A DNA stretch of 64,000 nucleotides from an uncultured Planctomycetia bacterium (GCA_964431835.1 CAYSKO010000003.1:53132-117131); one strand, 5' to 3'; counted from the first letter of the stretch, positions 1-9,119 are shown. The notes: a model not told the origin generated them from the sequence alone. Program-made: numbers and translations.

Positions 1-208
1 TCGGCCGGGGCTGGACGTAATGCACGTTGAACTTCGGCGGCGCGACGGCCTTCACCGCGACGCGGTCGCCGCCGACCTGGCGGACGATCTCGGCGAACGC
101 GGCCGTCGTGGTCACGACGCGCACCTTCGCGGACGCGTGAAGCGGGTGCGCCGCCGCGAGCCATAAGCAGGCCAGGAAAAGCACTTTCATCGCACGGATC
201 ATTCTCAT
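1..208 (-). CDS. Metal ABC transporter substrate-binding protein, ZnuA/TroA family (5' part; runs off the window edge)
   Basis: Translated by hand from ATG at 208: MRMIRAMKVLFLACLWLAAAHPLHASAKVRVVTTTAAFAEIVRQVGGDRVAVKAVAPPKFNVHYVQPRP. Signal peptide, VVTT...I.GD.V.V and H..x.P.P motifs of cluster A-I binding proteins; AGGAG RBS upstream. Confidence 0.85.
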   Translation of the reverse strand, partial: MRMIRAMKVLFLACLWLAAAHPLHASAKVRVVTTTAAFAEIVRQVGGDRVAVKAVAPPKFNVHYVQPRP

Positions 209-217
209 GGCGTTCTC

Positions 218-1486
218 CTAGACGAGCTTGTGTTTGTGTTCGCCGATGGCGAACGTGCCCTGGACGAGCACCTGGTTGTCGTCCTCGCCATCCGCGAGAT
301 CGAAGTGCGACAACTGCACGCGCCAGCGCGCGAACTCGCTTTGATGGAACGTAAGGTAGCCGGTCACGCCTTCGTCACGGCTGTCCGGGCTTCCGGGCTC
401 GAGCGCGATGAGATCAACTGCGTCCAGACGGACGCCGGTCGACCACCGCGTGTGGAAGCGCAGGTCGGCCAGCAGGTACGCGCCCCACGTGGAGCCGTCG
501 AGGTCCTCGTAGATCAGATTGCCGAATTCGTCCTCGCTCTCGTAGAACGATTCCGAGCGGTCCACCCAAAAGAGCTCGGACTGCAGCTTGAACCCGCGAT
601 CGGCGGCGAAGCGGTGCCTGAACGTGCCGTCCACGCCGATCACGTTGACCTCGAACGACGAGTCGTCATCACGTGAACCGGCCAGGTGCGACGCGCCGAG
701 TTCGATCCCGGAGACGTCGGAGAAATCCCAGTAGTTCTTGAGGTGTGAGTACACGGTCGGCTCGCGGCGGCTTTCGCCGAAGAGCGTCCCCTCTTCCCCG
801 TTGCCGCCCTCGAGAACACCGAGCGTCGCTTCGTGCGCGCCGCCGGTCGGCAGATCGAGCGGGACGGTCCAATCGGCGCCCGACTTCGAGAAGCCGTGAT
901 GGCCGAAGTAGCGGGCGACGACGAGCGGCTCGTCGACGGTGTCGAGCGTGTCGCGGTGCACGGGGATCGCCTTGCCGATCTTCGGCAGGACGCGTCCGAA
1001 TCGAGCGGTCGAGCCGAGCGGCAGGCCGAAGCGCGTGGCGTACGCCTCTTCGATCGACATCTCCTCGAAATCGGCGATGCCGAGCGTCGCGTCGAAGCGT
1101 GTCCAGGGATCGACGGCCGCCCCGAAAACGACTTCGAGCTCGCGGACGCTGATCCGGTCCGCGCCTTCCTCGTCCTCTTTCGCGCTGTCGGACGTGAAAA
1201 CGACGTCGCCGATGACGCCGATGTCGGGGTTCCAGCGTCCGGCGGACGGCGCAGGGCGGCCCGCCAAAGGACCGCTTTGCGGGCCGGGCGTCGTGAACGC
1301 CGGCGGCGTCTGGCCTTTCAGGAGTGCGATCTCGCGCTGCTGGTGTTCGACGGTCAGCGAAAGGTCCTTCACCAGACGCCCGAGCTCCTGGACCTGCGTT
1401 TCGAGCGAGGCGGCGTCGGCCGCCCGAGCGGGACCGCCCTGGAGCGCGCAGCATACGCACAAGACGAGTGCAAAAAAGAATTTCAT
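218..1486 (-). CDS. Outer-membrane beta-barrel protein, putative metal uptake porin/receptor
   Basis: Start re-assigned to MKFFFALV (GGAGG RBS). Signal peptide, short coiled coil, Pro linker, NPDIGVIGD, amphipathic strands, C-terminal FAIGEHKHKL; lies directly upstream of the ZnuA-like gene. Confidence 0.7.
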   Translation of the reverse strand: MKFFFALVLCVCCALQGGPARAADAASLETQVQELGRLVKDLSLTVEHQQREIALLKGQTPPAFTTPGPQSGPLAGRPAPSAGRWNPDIGVIGDVVFTSDSAKEDEEGADRISVRELEVVFGAAVDPWTRFDATLGIADFEEMSIEEAYATRFGLPLGSTARFGRVLPKIGKAIPVHRDTLDTVDEPLVVARYFGHHGFSKSGADWTVPLDLPTGGAHEATLGVLEGGNGEEGTLFGESRREPTVYSHLKNYWDFSDVSGIELGASHLAGSRDDDSSFEVNVIGVDGTFRHRFAADRGFKLQSELFWVDRSESFYESEDEFGNLIYEDLDGSTWGAYLLADLRFHTRWSTGVRLDAVDLIALEPGSPDSRDEGVTGYLTFHQSEFARWRVQLSHFDLADGEDDNQVLVQGTFAIGEHKHKLV

Positions 1487-1524
1487 GGGTAAACCTCCGT
1501 TGAGAGTGAAAACGAAAAACCGCC

Positions 1525-1824
1525 CTAGAAAGAAGGGGCGGCCGGAGGGGCCCGCGGGACGCGGGCCGAGAGCGGAGCTAGCGGGAGGAAGCGGACGTTC
1601 GAAGAAGCGCGAAGGAAAACGGCGGCCCCATTCTGCGGGACGGCTGGCGAAACCGAGCAGACGTCGAACGACGCGCCGTGAGTCTGAAAATGATGGAGCG
1701 CACAGCCGGTATGATCGGAGTGATCGGAATCGGCGCCGTGCACGTGCGCGACGGCCGCGAGACCGGCGGGAACGCCGGAAGCGGCCAGGCAAAAAACGAG
1801 GAGAACCGCCGCGAGTTTCTTCAT
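1525..1824 (-). CDS. His-rich DUF2946/CruR-like small protein with C-terminal RAPP motif (putative ribosome-arrest leader peptide)
   Basis: Signal-like N-terminus, HVHGADSDHSDHTGCALHH metal motif, ends RVPRAPPAAPSF; 38 nt upstream of the barrel gene. Confidence 0.7.
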   Translation of the reverse strand: MKKLAAVLLVFCLAASGVPAGLAAVAHVHGADSDHSDHTGCALHHFQTHGASFDVCSVSPAVPQNGAAVFLRASSNVRFLPLAPLSARVPRAPPAAPSF

Positions 1825-2099
1825 GCTTTCCCCGACAGGAGAAGTTTCGAAATGAACTTGAGCTCCCTGGCGCGCGCGTCCTTGGGGCTCTTACCGCTGA
1901 GGCAGTGATCGATATGGCGTTCGTAAACCTTGAGGGAAATCTGGTTCATCGCGGATCGCACGGCCGCGAGCTGGACGAACAACGTCTCGCACGAGCGCCC
2001 TTCTTCCAGCATCGCGCGCACGGCCCGTAGATGGCCCTCGCAACGCTTGAGGCGGTCGGCGGTGGCCTTATCGTATTGGTGCTTCACAGTATCCCCCAT
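1821..2099 (-). CDS. CsoR/RcnR-family metal-sensing repressor
   Basis: RLKRCEGHLRAVRAMLEEGRSC...QLAAVRSA...HIDHC signature. Confidence 0.9.
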   Translation of the reverse strand: MGDTVKHQYDKATADRLKRCEGHLRAVRAMLEEGRSCETLFVQLAAVRSAMNQISLKVYERHIDHCLSGKSPKDARARELKFISKLLLSGKA

Positions 2100-2135
2100 G
2101 GGGGGATACTAGCAGAAGCGCAAGGAACGTGTCAA
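2088..2135 (-). promoter_or_regulatory. Sigma70-type promoter overlapped by a CsoR/RcnR-type operator palindrome
   Basis: Minus strand reads TTGACA-N18-TAGTAT (TGn extended -10). Perfect 10-bp inverted repeat AGTATCCCCC-ATG-GGGGGATACT at 2088-2110, with the C/G tracts and TACT/AGTA ends typical of CsoR/RcnR operators. Confidence 0.85.
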
Positions 2136-2154
2136 CCCTAACCGCGAAAAGGAC

Positions 2155-2931
2155 TTATTTCTTGAACGCCGCGGGAAGGAGCGTCGTTCGCACGCGCAGG
2201 CTGAGCGCGTCGACGGCCATAACGACCGCGAACGTGAGGACGAGCGCCGAAAGGAGGTGACGGTACTGCAACATCTGGACGTATCCGAGCATGTAATACC
2301 CGATGCCGCCCGCGCCGACGAAGCCCATGATCGACGACGCGCGGATGTTGTACTCGAACATGAAAAAGAGCTGGGAGAGCGTCGCATTCGCGGATTCGGG
2401 CAGGATCGCGAAGCGGAAAAGCTGGAGCGGATTGGCGCCGGTGGCGCGCACGGCTTCGAGGACCTCCGGATCGACCCCTTCGAACGCTTCGTAGTAGAGC
2501 TTGCCGAGATACCCCACCGTGTAGAACGCGACTCCCATCACCCCCGCCGCGGGGCCGAGCCCGAGCGCCACCACGAAGACCACGCCGAAGAGGATGGAAG
2601 GCACGGTGCGAAGGATACCCACCACTGTGCGGGCCACCGTGCTCGCGCCGGGACCGAACAGAGAGCGGCTACCGAAAAACGCGAGCGGCATCGCCAGGCA
2701 AAGCCCCACGAGCGTGCCCGCAAACGCGATCTCGACCGTCTCGAGCATCGCCCACGCGAGTGGACCGAACGCGGCGGTGTCTGGGGGGAAAAGATCGCGC
2801 GAAAAAATTCCGAGGCGCTTCACCGCCGGCCAGAAGCCGCGCACGTCGAGAAGCCCGAGGTGGCCGAGAGTTCCGAGCGCGGCCGCGAGGAGGAGGCACC
2901 AAAAAAAACGCGAGCGATTCCGGTGATTCAT
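2155..2931 (-). CDS. phnE: Phosphonate/phosphite-type ABC transporter permease
   Basis: MLETVEIAFAGT, RTVP, GKLYYEAFE, FEYNIRASSIMGFVGAGGIG motifs. Confidence 0.9.
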   Translation of the reverse strand: MNHRNRSRFFWCLLLAAALGTLGHLGLLDVRGFWPAVKRLGIFSRDLFPPDTAAFGPLAWAMLETVEIAFAGTLVGLCLAMPLAFFGSRSLFGPGASTVARTVVGILRTVPSILFGVVFVVALGLGPAAGVMGVAFYTVGYLGKLYYEAFEGVDPEVLEAVRATGANPLQLFRFAILPESANATLSQLFFMFEYNIRASSIMGFVGAGGIGYYMLGYVQMLQYRHLLSALVLTFAVVMAVDALSLRVRTTLLPAAFKK

Positions 2932-3674
2932 CGGAGAAGCTCCACGATTCCTTCCGCCGTGAGGGTGGAGGCTTCCGCGTCGCGCACCACGCGGCCTTCA
3001 CGCATCACGATCACGCGGTCGGCGTATTCAGCCGCGGTGTCGGCATCGTGCGTGGTCACGATGAATCCGAGACCTTGCCCCGCGAGCGCGCGGATCATTC
3101 CGAGGATCTCGTGGGACGTGACGGGATCGAGCTGGGAGACGAGTTCGTCGGCCAGGATGAGCTGGGGGCGCGCCATGAGAGCGCGCGCGATCGCCACGCG
3201 CTGGCGCTCGCCGCCGCTTAAGTTCCGCGCCGGACTCTCGGCCTTGTCGGCCAGGCCCATGCGCAGAAGGAGCCCTTTGGCCTCGTCGACTGTTTCCTTC
3301 GGGAATGCCTTAAAGAGCGATCGCCACGTGCCGGTGCGGCCGAGCGCGCCCGTAAGCACGTTGTCGAGGGCGGTCAGTCCGCGCACGAGCCCGAGAGACT
3401 GGGGGATGTAAGCGAGCGCAGGGCGGCACTGCACGCCGTTCCGGTGAGGCGAATCCGCCGAGGTGAGTTCCCCGTTCTGCGGCCGCAGAATGCCCTGCAT
3501 AATCTTGAGGAGCGTCGTTTTCCCGCAGCCGGAGCGGCCGAGAAGCATCGCCACCTCGCCGCGGCGGACGGTGGCCGAGACGCCTCGGAGGACGGGCGTG
3601 CGGTCGTCGTAGGAAAACCAGACGTCGTTCGCCGACAGTACCGGAGTCCGGCAGGCACCTTTCGAAGACTTCAT
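2928..3674 (-). CDS. phnC: Phosphonate-type ABC transporter ATPase
   Basis: Walker A GRSGCGKTT, LSGGERQRVAIARAL, ILADE; lies between phnD and phnE. Confidence 0.88.
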   Translation of the reverse strand: MKSSKGACRTPVLSANDVWFSYDDRTPVLRGVSATVRRGEVAMLLGRSGCGKTTLLKIMQGILRPQNGELTSADSPHRNGVQCRPALAYIPQSLGLVRGLTALDNVLTGALGRTGTWRSLFKAFPKETVDEAKGLLLRMGLADKAESPARNLSGGERQRVAIARALMARPQLILADELVSQLDPVTSHEILGMIRALAGQGLGFIVTTHDADTAAEYADRVIVMREGRVVRDAEASTLTAEGIVELLR

Positions 3675-4579
3675 TTCTTCTTCGATTCCTCGTACGGGAG
3701 TCGGGTTTTCGTGAGCATCTGGCGCAGGCCGTCCAGATGCTTTTCATCCGCCTCGGCGAACCGCACGAAGATGCCCGAGACGAATTTCCGCATGAGCGCT
3801 TTGCCTTCCTCGTCGTTCATGCCAAGGAGAGCACCCTTCAATTTTTCGGCAGATTCGCCCGTGAAGTCCTTCGAGAAAACAATCGCGTGCGAGGGAATCG
3901 GGCCCTGCTTCTCGACGGCCCGCGTGGAATCCATGGTCTCCCGGTACAGTTTCTCGGGAACATCGCCGGCGATGACGGTCACGTCGGCCTGCCCAGCTTT
4001 CAGGGCCTCGACCGCCTGCGCGTAGCCGCCGGAGAACGTGACACCCGCAAAAAATGCCTTCGGATCGGCGCCGCTTTCCGTCGCGGGAACGAGGCCGAGC
4101 TCGACAAGCTTCGCCAAAGGCGCGACGTAGCCGGACGTCGAAAGCGGGTTGGGAAACGCTGCGTTCTTCCCTTTCAAGTCCGACAGAGACTGCGCGGGCG
4201 AATCCTTTTTCACGATCCAGTACGAAAAATAGTAAGGCTCTTCCTTCTTTTCGCCGTCGATCAACACCTCGCGGATCTCGGCGAGAGCGACGCGCGCTTC
4301 GGCCTTTTCCACCGCGAGCGCCGCTGGCCAGGCGCCCATGAACGCCGCCTGCGCGTGCCCGAACCGCAGCGCCTCGACGACGCCGGCGTAGCTCGTCGGG
4401 AACGTGATTTCGACGTCCGCGCCCGTAGCTTTCTCGAGGCGTGCCTCGAGGTCTTTCGCGCGGTCGGTAAGCTCCGCGGGGGTCGACGTCGGCTGAACGG
4501 CGATGACGATCCTTTCTTTCGCGGAGGCCGCGGAAAGCGTCAGCAGAAAAACGGCGGCCGCGGAGAGAATTTTCTTCAT
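3671..4579 (-). CDS. phnD: Phosphate/phosphite/phosphonate ABC substrate-binding protein
   Basis: Signal peptide, SYAGVVEALRFG, SLSDLKGK, STSGY anion-binding motif. Confidence 0.88.
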   Translation of the reverse strand: MKKILSAAAVFLLTLSAASAKERIVIAVQPTSTPAELTDRAKDLEARLEKATGADVEITFPTSYAGVVEALRFGHAQAAFMGAWPAALAVEKAEARVALAEIREVLIDGEKKEEPYYFSYWIVKKDSPAQSLSDLKGKNAAFPNPLSTSGYVAPLAKLVELGLVPATESGADPKAFFAGVTFSGGYAQAVEALKAGQADVTVIAGDVPEKLYRETMDSTRAVEKQGPIPSHAIVFSKDFTGESAEKLKGALLGMNDEEGKALMRKFVSGIFVRFAEADEKHLDGLRQMLTKTRLPYEESKKK

Positions 4580-5268
4580 GGGGCGTTCCTTTCGTTGGAT
4601 TTCAGTTGGAATCGGACCGGGACCTCCGCCTCGGAGTCGACGGCGATGCCCCCGAGGCGTGCGGGCTGGAAACGCCAGCGGCGGACGGCTTCGATGGCCG
4701 CCCGGTCGAGCGAAGGAAAACCGGAGGTGCGGGACAGCGCCACAGAGGAGGGTCGGCCGTTCCGGTTCACCGAGACCGCAAGGAGGACGACGCCTTCCTC
4801 TCCCGCGCGACGGGAAGCTTCAGGATAGCGCGGCGGCGGATTGCGAAGGTAATCGGCGGACGCGCCGGAAACCGCGCCCGCACCGGCGCGCAGCGTGGTG
4901 GCGTCTTTGCCGGGAACGGGAGAGCTGCCGTCTCCGGAGACGACGGGTTTGGGAGCCGCCTGGGGCGGCTCGGGAAGCGAAGCGGTTTCGGCTTGCGGCG
5001 AAGGCACGGCCGGGACAGGGGGAGCGAGTGCTTCGGCGGGCGCGGCTTCGGGCGCCGGCGGCGCGGCGACGAGATCAACCTCGACGCTCGAGAGGCCAGC
5101 GGCGACGCCGTAGCGCGCCTCTTCAACGAGAAGGCGGCCGCCGCCGAACACGAGCGCGGCGTGAAGGAGAAGGGCTAGGCCCGCGGACAGCCACTTGTCC
5201 GAACGGCGGGGACTTTCGGACGGATACGCGCGCACGGCGACGGGGGGTTCTGCGAAGGCGACGTTCAT
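4576..5268 (-). CDS. tonB: Energy transducer TonB
   Basis: TM helix with His, Pro-rich linker, YPEASRRAGEEGVV...SG...LDRAA...WRFQP domain. Confidence 0.92.
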   Translation of the reverse strand: MNVAFAEPPVAVRAYPSESPRRSDKWLSAGLALLLHAALVFGGGRLLVEEARYGVAAGLSSVEVDLVAAPPAPEAAPAEALAPPVPAVPSPQAETASLPEPPQAAPKPVVSGDGSSPVPGKDATTLRAGAGAVSGASADYLRNPPPRYPEASRRAGEEGVVLLAVSVNRNGRPSSVALSRTSGFPSLDRAAIEAVRRWRFQPARLGGIAVDSEAEVPVRFQLKSNERNAP

Positions 5269-5681
5269 GCGGCTTCCATGCCTTTCGTTTGAATGGACAC
5301 TTTTTCGATCCCGCGCTTGCGCGCTTCGTCGAGCACGCGGATGGCGGCACCGAATTTCGCGTTCTCGTCCCCGTTCACGAACACCTTCGCGTCCGGATCG
5401 GAAGCTTTGAGCGCGTCGAGCCGGGGGCCGAGCTCATCGAGAGAGAGCTTGTCTTTGTCGAAGTAGACGTCGCCCGCTTCGGTGACGGTGATAACCGCGT
5501 GCGCGTCGCGCTTCTCGGGAGCGGAGGTCGCCGCGGCCGGAAGCTTCACCGGAACGCCCTGGTTTTTCACCATCGACATCGACACCATCACGAACGTCGC
5601 CAATAAAAAGAAGACGATATCGATGAGCGGAATGATCTCGATACGCGCGCGGCGTTTAGCGGTCGGTAAAGGAATTCTCAT
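5265..5681 (-). CDS. exbD: Biopolymer transport protein ExbD
   Basis: IIPLIDIVFFLLATF motif. Confidence 0.92.
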   Translation of the reverse strand: MRIPLPTAKRRARIEIIPLIDIVFFLLATFVMVSMSMVKNQGVPVKLPAAATSAPEKRDAHAVITVTEAGDVYFDKDKLSLDELGPRLDALKASDPDAKVFVNGDENAKFGAAIRVLDEARKRGIEKVSIQTKGMEAA

Positions 5682-6273
5682 GGGGCTTTAAGAGGATTTC
5701 GAGGTGATTGGACGCGTCTTCTATCTCGTGCCGCGCTTCTTCGAGGCGGGCGCTCAAATAATTGAACGGGATGAGCGCGACGATCGCGATGCCCAGGCCG
5801 AACGCGGTGGCGATGAGCGCTTCGGCGATGCCGCCCGTGATGACGGCCGGCGCTTCGAGCTCGCGGTTTCCCAGAAGACCGAACGCGCGGATCATGCCCG
5901 TCACCGTGCCGAGTAGACCCAGAAGAGGCGCGAGCGTGACGATCGTGTCCAGCACGGACAGGCCCTGGTTAAAGCGCTTCAGTTCGCGGTTGGCCGCGCG
6001 CAGGAGCGCGCCCGAAAACGACTTCGCGCGGTTCGACAAGCCGTAGGAGAGGACGCGCGCGACGAAGTCGCCGCTGTCTTGTCCCGCGCGCGCGGCGGCG
6101 TTGAAGTCGCCCCGCTCCGCCTCCGCAAGGATGCGCTCCACCGTTTCCGGGCTGCGGCGCGTACGCTCGCGCCAGATGAAGAACATGCGCTCGAGGACGA
6201 CCGACAGGGCGACGACCGACGCGGCCAGAAGCGGCCACATGATCGGTCCGCCGCGTTTAATGAGCTCGGTCAT
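5656..6273 (-). CDS. exbB: ExbB (MotA/TolQ/ExbB family)
   Basis: APLLGLLGTVTGMI and GGIAEALIATAFGL motifs. Confidence 0.92.
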   Translation of the reverse strand: MTELIKRGGPIMWPLLAASVVALSVVLERMFFIWRERTRRSPETVERILAEAERGDFNAAARAGQDSGDFVARVLSYGLSNRAKSFSGALLRAANRELKRFNQGLSVLDTIVTLAPLLGLLGTVTGMIRAFGLLGNRELEAPAVITGGIAEALIATAFGLGIAIVALIPFNYLSARLEEARHEIEDASNHLEILLKPHENSFTDR

Positions 6274-6277
6274 CGGA

Positions 6278-8398
6278 TCACCACCGGACGCGGGCGCCCG
6301 CGTAGTACGTGCGATCGAGCGCCGGCTCGATCCCGTCCGCGCGAACCCGCGAGAAGTAAGTTTCGTCCGTGACGTTGCCGATACCCGCGAGGACCGTCAC
6401 CGCGTCCTTGTACACGGGGATTTCGGCGGTGAGATCCCAGACCTCGTATGCGGGAACCGCGCTCAGACCCGTCGTCCCGGCGAGGTTGTTGTCCGCCCAG
6501 TAGTGGTCCTCGACGAACGTTCCGATCAGCGCGACCTTGCCGCGGCCTTCGAGGAAACGCCAGACGAGACCCGTCTTGAAAACGTAATTCGGAGCGTACG
6601 CAGGTTCCTTGCCCGTCAGCGGGCCGCCTTCGAATTCGGCGTTCAGGAACGAGGCGCTGCCGTACCAACTGAGCGTGCCGAGCGGATGCTCCCGGTGCTC
6701 GACGCCGCGTACGTCGGAGGCGAAGCGGCAAAGGTCGATCTCGCCGGAGAGCTCGACGCCGTCGTACTGCACGTCGCCCACGTTCGCGCGCTGCGTCAGG
6801 GCACCGACCGAAAGCGTGCCAAAAAAATTCTCGTAGTCCGTGAGGAACGCACTCGCGTCGTACGTGGCCCAGGGCGTCGCGCGGCCGCGCACGCCCGCCT
6901 CGTACGTCCATGTCTTGCCTTCTTCGAGGTCGGTCGCGGGCAGCGTGTTGTTGCCCGACGGCGCGAGATCGTCGAACGACGGCGGTTTGTAGCCCTGCGA
7001 CACATTCCCGTAAAGCTCGGCCGACCACGGCAGCGCGTATTCCAAACCGAGGCCGAAGAGCGGCACCGCGTAGGTTTCCTCGATGTTGTGGAGCGGCGAC
7101 GTTTTCCCCGTGTTGAAGTTCTCCGTCACCTCGATCTGGATCAGTTCCGCGCGGACCGCCGGGCTCACCGATAACGCCCCGAACTGGAACTTGTTCTCCG
7201 CGAATACCGAGGCCGAGAGCGTGTTGTAGTCGAAGTCGAAGATCGGAGTCCCCTGGTCGGAAGGATAACTCGTCGTGCGGTCCTGCGAGCGCGGCGCGTC
7301 GGCGCCGTAGAAGAGTACGCCGCCGGTGAATGTGTGCCGTTCGCCCCAGGCGTCCCAGTCGTGGCGCACGCGGGACTCGATCGCGGCGGAGTACACTTCA
7401 CGGCGGTCCAGGTTCGCGGCGTTCGAGACATTTGTCGTGCGACGGTGGCTGAAGCGGTCGAAATAGCTGCCGTAGACGGTCGTGGTCCAGAGAGTCGCTT
7501 CCGAAAGGTCGCGTTCGAACGAGAGGCTCATCGCGTAACGCTCGGTCTCGAGACGGTCGAACGGACGGATCGTCTGATAACGGTCGGCCTCGTACTGCGC
7601 GAGCGTGAGACGTCCCGGTTCGCCGGCGTCCTTGTCGTGCGCGTCGAAATTCAGGATCCAGCGCGTGTCGGTCGCGGCGTCCATCGTCAGCTTGAAGCTG
7701 CCGCCGTAAAGCTCGAAATCCTCGTTTTCGCTGCGCTGACCTTCACTCTGGCTGTGGTGAAAGTACCCAAGATAACCCCAGCGGCCGGAAGTGCCGGTCA
7801 CGCGATTGAAGGTGCTGTACAGGTCGTCGGAGCCGAAAACATGCTGCGTGTCCGCCGTGAACGCGCGGTCGTCGACGGGATCGTAGGTGACGTAATTCAA
7901 TGCGGGACCCGGCTGCGGTCCGTAAAGAAGCGAGCTGCCGCCGCGGATCAGCTCCACGCGCTCAACCGCTTCGAGCGGTGGTGTGTAGTACGTCGTCGAG
8001 TATCCGTAGCGTTCCATGCCGATCGGAAGACCATCCTTCAAGGTCAGCACGTCCTGGGACTCATGCGGGTCGCCAATTCCGCGGTAATTGACGTTCACGT
8101 GTCCCTGGTTGTTCTGCTCGGAAACCAGAAGCCCCGGCAGCTGCGAGAAGGCCTGACGGTAATTGTTGTTTTGAATCTGCGGCTGATTTTGGAGGAGGGC
8201 CACCGACGTTTTCTTTCCGGCGAAGATACGCGTGCCTTCGACGTCCTGCTTGAACGATTCTCCCGACTCGGCAGTGACCAACACTTCTTTCATTTTAGTT
8301 TTTGGAGCCGCTGCGTCGGCAGAAGCGGGTGCGGCATGCAGACATAGAAGGGTGAAGGCCCCCAGAAGCGCAATCCGTACGTTCATTGATTTCTCCAT
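6278..8398 (-). CDS. TonB-dependent outer-membrane receptor (FecA-like)
   Basis: Signal peptide, TonB box EVLVTA, plug VERVELIRGGSSLLYGP, C-terminal aromatic residue. Start could be ATG at 8386. Confidence 0.92.
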   Translation of the reverse strand: MEKSMNVRIALLGAFTLLCLHAAPASADAAAPKTKMKEVLVTAESGESFKQDVEGTRIFAGKKTSVALLQNQPQIQNNNYRQAFSQLPGLLVSEQNNQGHVNVNYRGIGDPHESQDVLTLKDGLPIGMERYGYSTTYYTPPLEAVERVELIRGGSSLLYGPQPGPALNYVTYDPVDDRAFTADTQHVFGSDDLYSTFNRVTGTSGRWGYLGYFHHSQSEGQRSENEDFELYGGSFKLTMDAATDTRWILNFDAHDKDAGEPGRLTLAQYEADRYQTIRPFDRLETERYAMSLSFERDLSEATLWTTTVYGSYFDRFSHRRTTNVSNAANLDRREVYSAAIESRVRHDWDAWGERHTFTGGVLFYGADAPRSQDRTTSYPSDQGTPIFDFDYNTLSASVFAENKFQFGALSVSPAVRAELIQIEVTENFNTGKTSPLHNIEETYAVPLFGLGLEYALPWSAELYGNVSQGYKPPSFDDLAPSGNNTLPATDLEEGKTWTYEAGVRGRATPWATYDASAFLTDYENFFGTLSVGALTQRANVGDVQYDGVELSGEIDLCRFASDVRGVEHREHPLGTLSWYGSASFLNAEFEGGPLTGKEPAYAPNYVFKTGLVWRFLEGRGKVALIGTFVEDHYWADNNLAGTTGLSAVPAYEVWDLTAEIPVYKDAVTVLAGIGNVTDETYFSRVRADGIEPALDRTYYAGARVRW

Positions 8399-8401
8399 AG
8401 C

Positions 8402-8498
8402 TATTGAGACTTGGTCTCAATATGAAGTTTAAAAAAAGAGACTCAATATGAGAATGAGTCGCATTTGAGAATATATCTCAATAGGCTCGCTTTGTCAA
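8402..8498 (-). promoter_or_regulatory. Promoter with three Fur-like 7-1-7 boxes
   Basis: TGAGACT-T-GGTCTCA (8405-8419), TGAGAAT-G-AGTCGCA (8449-8463), TGAGAAT-A-TATCTCA (8466-8480). Minus-strand TTGACA(8498-8493)-N17-TATATT overlaps the third box. Confidence 0.75.
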
Positions 8499-8509
8499 CC
8501 GAAAATTCT

Positions 8510-9118
8510 CTAGCTCTGGCGCAGGAGAGTCACCCACTCCGAAAGCGTGTCGAACACACCGCGACGCATGAGCATTACGCCGATGGCGGCCAGGAGCAGG
8601 TTCGCGAGCTTGGAAAGCGTGTTGGACCCCGCCTCCCCCAGCACGCGCGAAATGAAAGGCGAGAGCTGGAGAATCACCGCGCAGAGAAGCAGGTTCGCCA
8701 CGATCGCGAAGATCGTCGGCAGAAGCCCGAACGAGCCCAGGAGAATGAGTGAGGTCGTGAGCACAGCTGGGCCGACCATGAGCGGCACGGCCAGCGGCAC
8801 CACGCCGACTTCGTTCTCGGGAAGGTCGGAACCCTTGCCGTGGGAGAGAAGCAGGTCGCGGATCGATACGATGAAAAGCACCGCACCGCCCGCCACGAGG
8901 AAATCATTGATCGTGATTCCGAGCCAGCGGAACACGAGGCGACCGACGAACACGAAGACGAGCGCCACCGCGAGCGCGACGAGGGTCGAATTCCTGACCA
9001 ATGCTTCCCGATCGGCGGGTTTCATGCGCCGCGTCAGCGACAGATACGCCGGGATCATGCCGAGCGGGTCGACCGCGACGAAGATCGGCACGAACGCCAG
9101 GAAATACATTCGAAGCAT
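8510..9118 (-). CDS. MarC family membrane protein
   Basis: FVAVDPLG...VVPLAVPLMVGP motifs; about six TM helices. Confidence 0.9.
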   Translation of the reverse strand: MLRMYFLAFVPIFVAVDPLGMIPAYLSLTRRMKPADREALVRNSTLVALAVALVFVFVGRLVFRWLGITINDFLVAGGAVLFIVSIRDLLLSHGKGSDLPENEVGVVPLAVPLMVGPAVLTTSLILLGSFGLLPTIFAIVANLLLCAVILQLSPFISRVLGEAGSNTLSKLANLLLAAIGVMLMRRGVFDTLSEWVTLLRQS

Positions 9119-9119
9119 G

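Noticed and set aside
196-210. GATCATTCTCAT half Fur-like word at the start of the ZnuA-like gene
   Set aside because: A single half-site inside coding sequence (Met-Arg-Met-Ile codons); probably chance.
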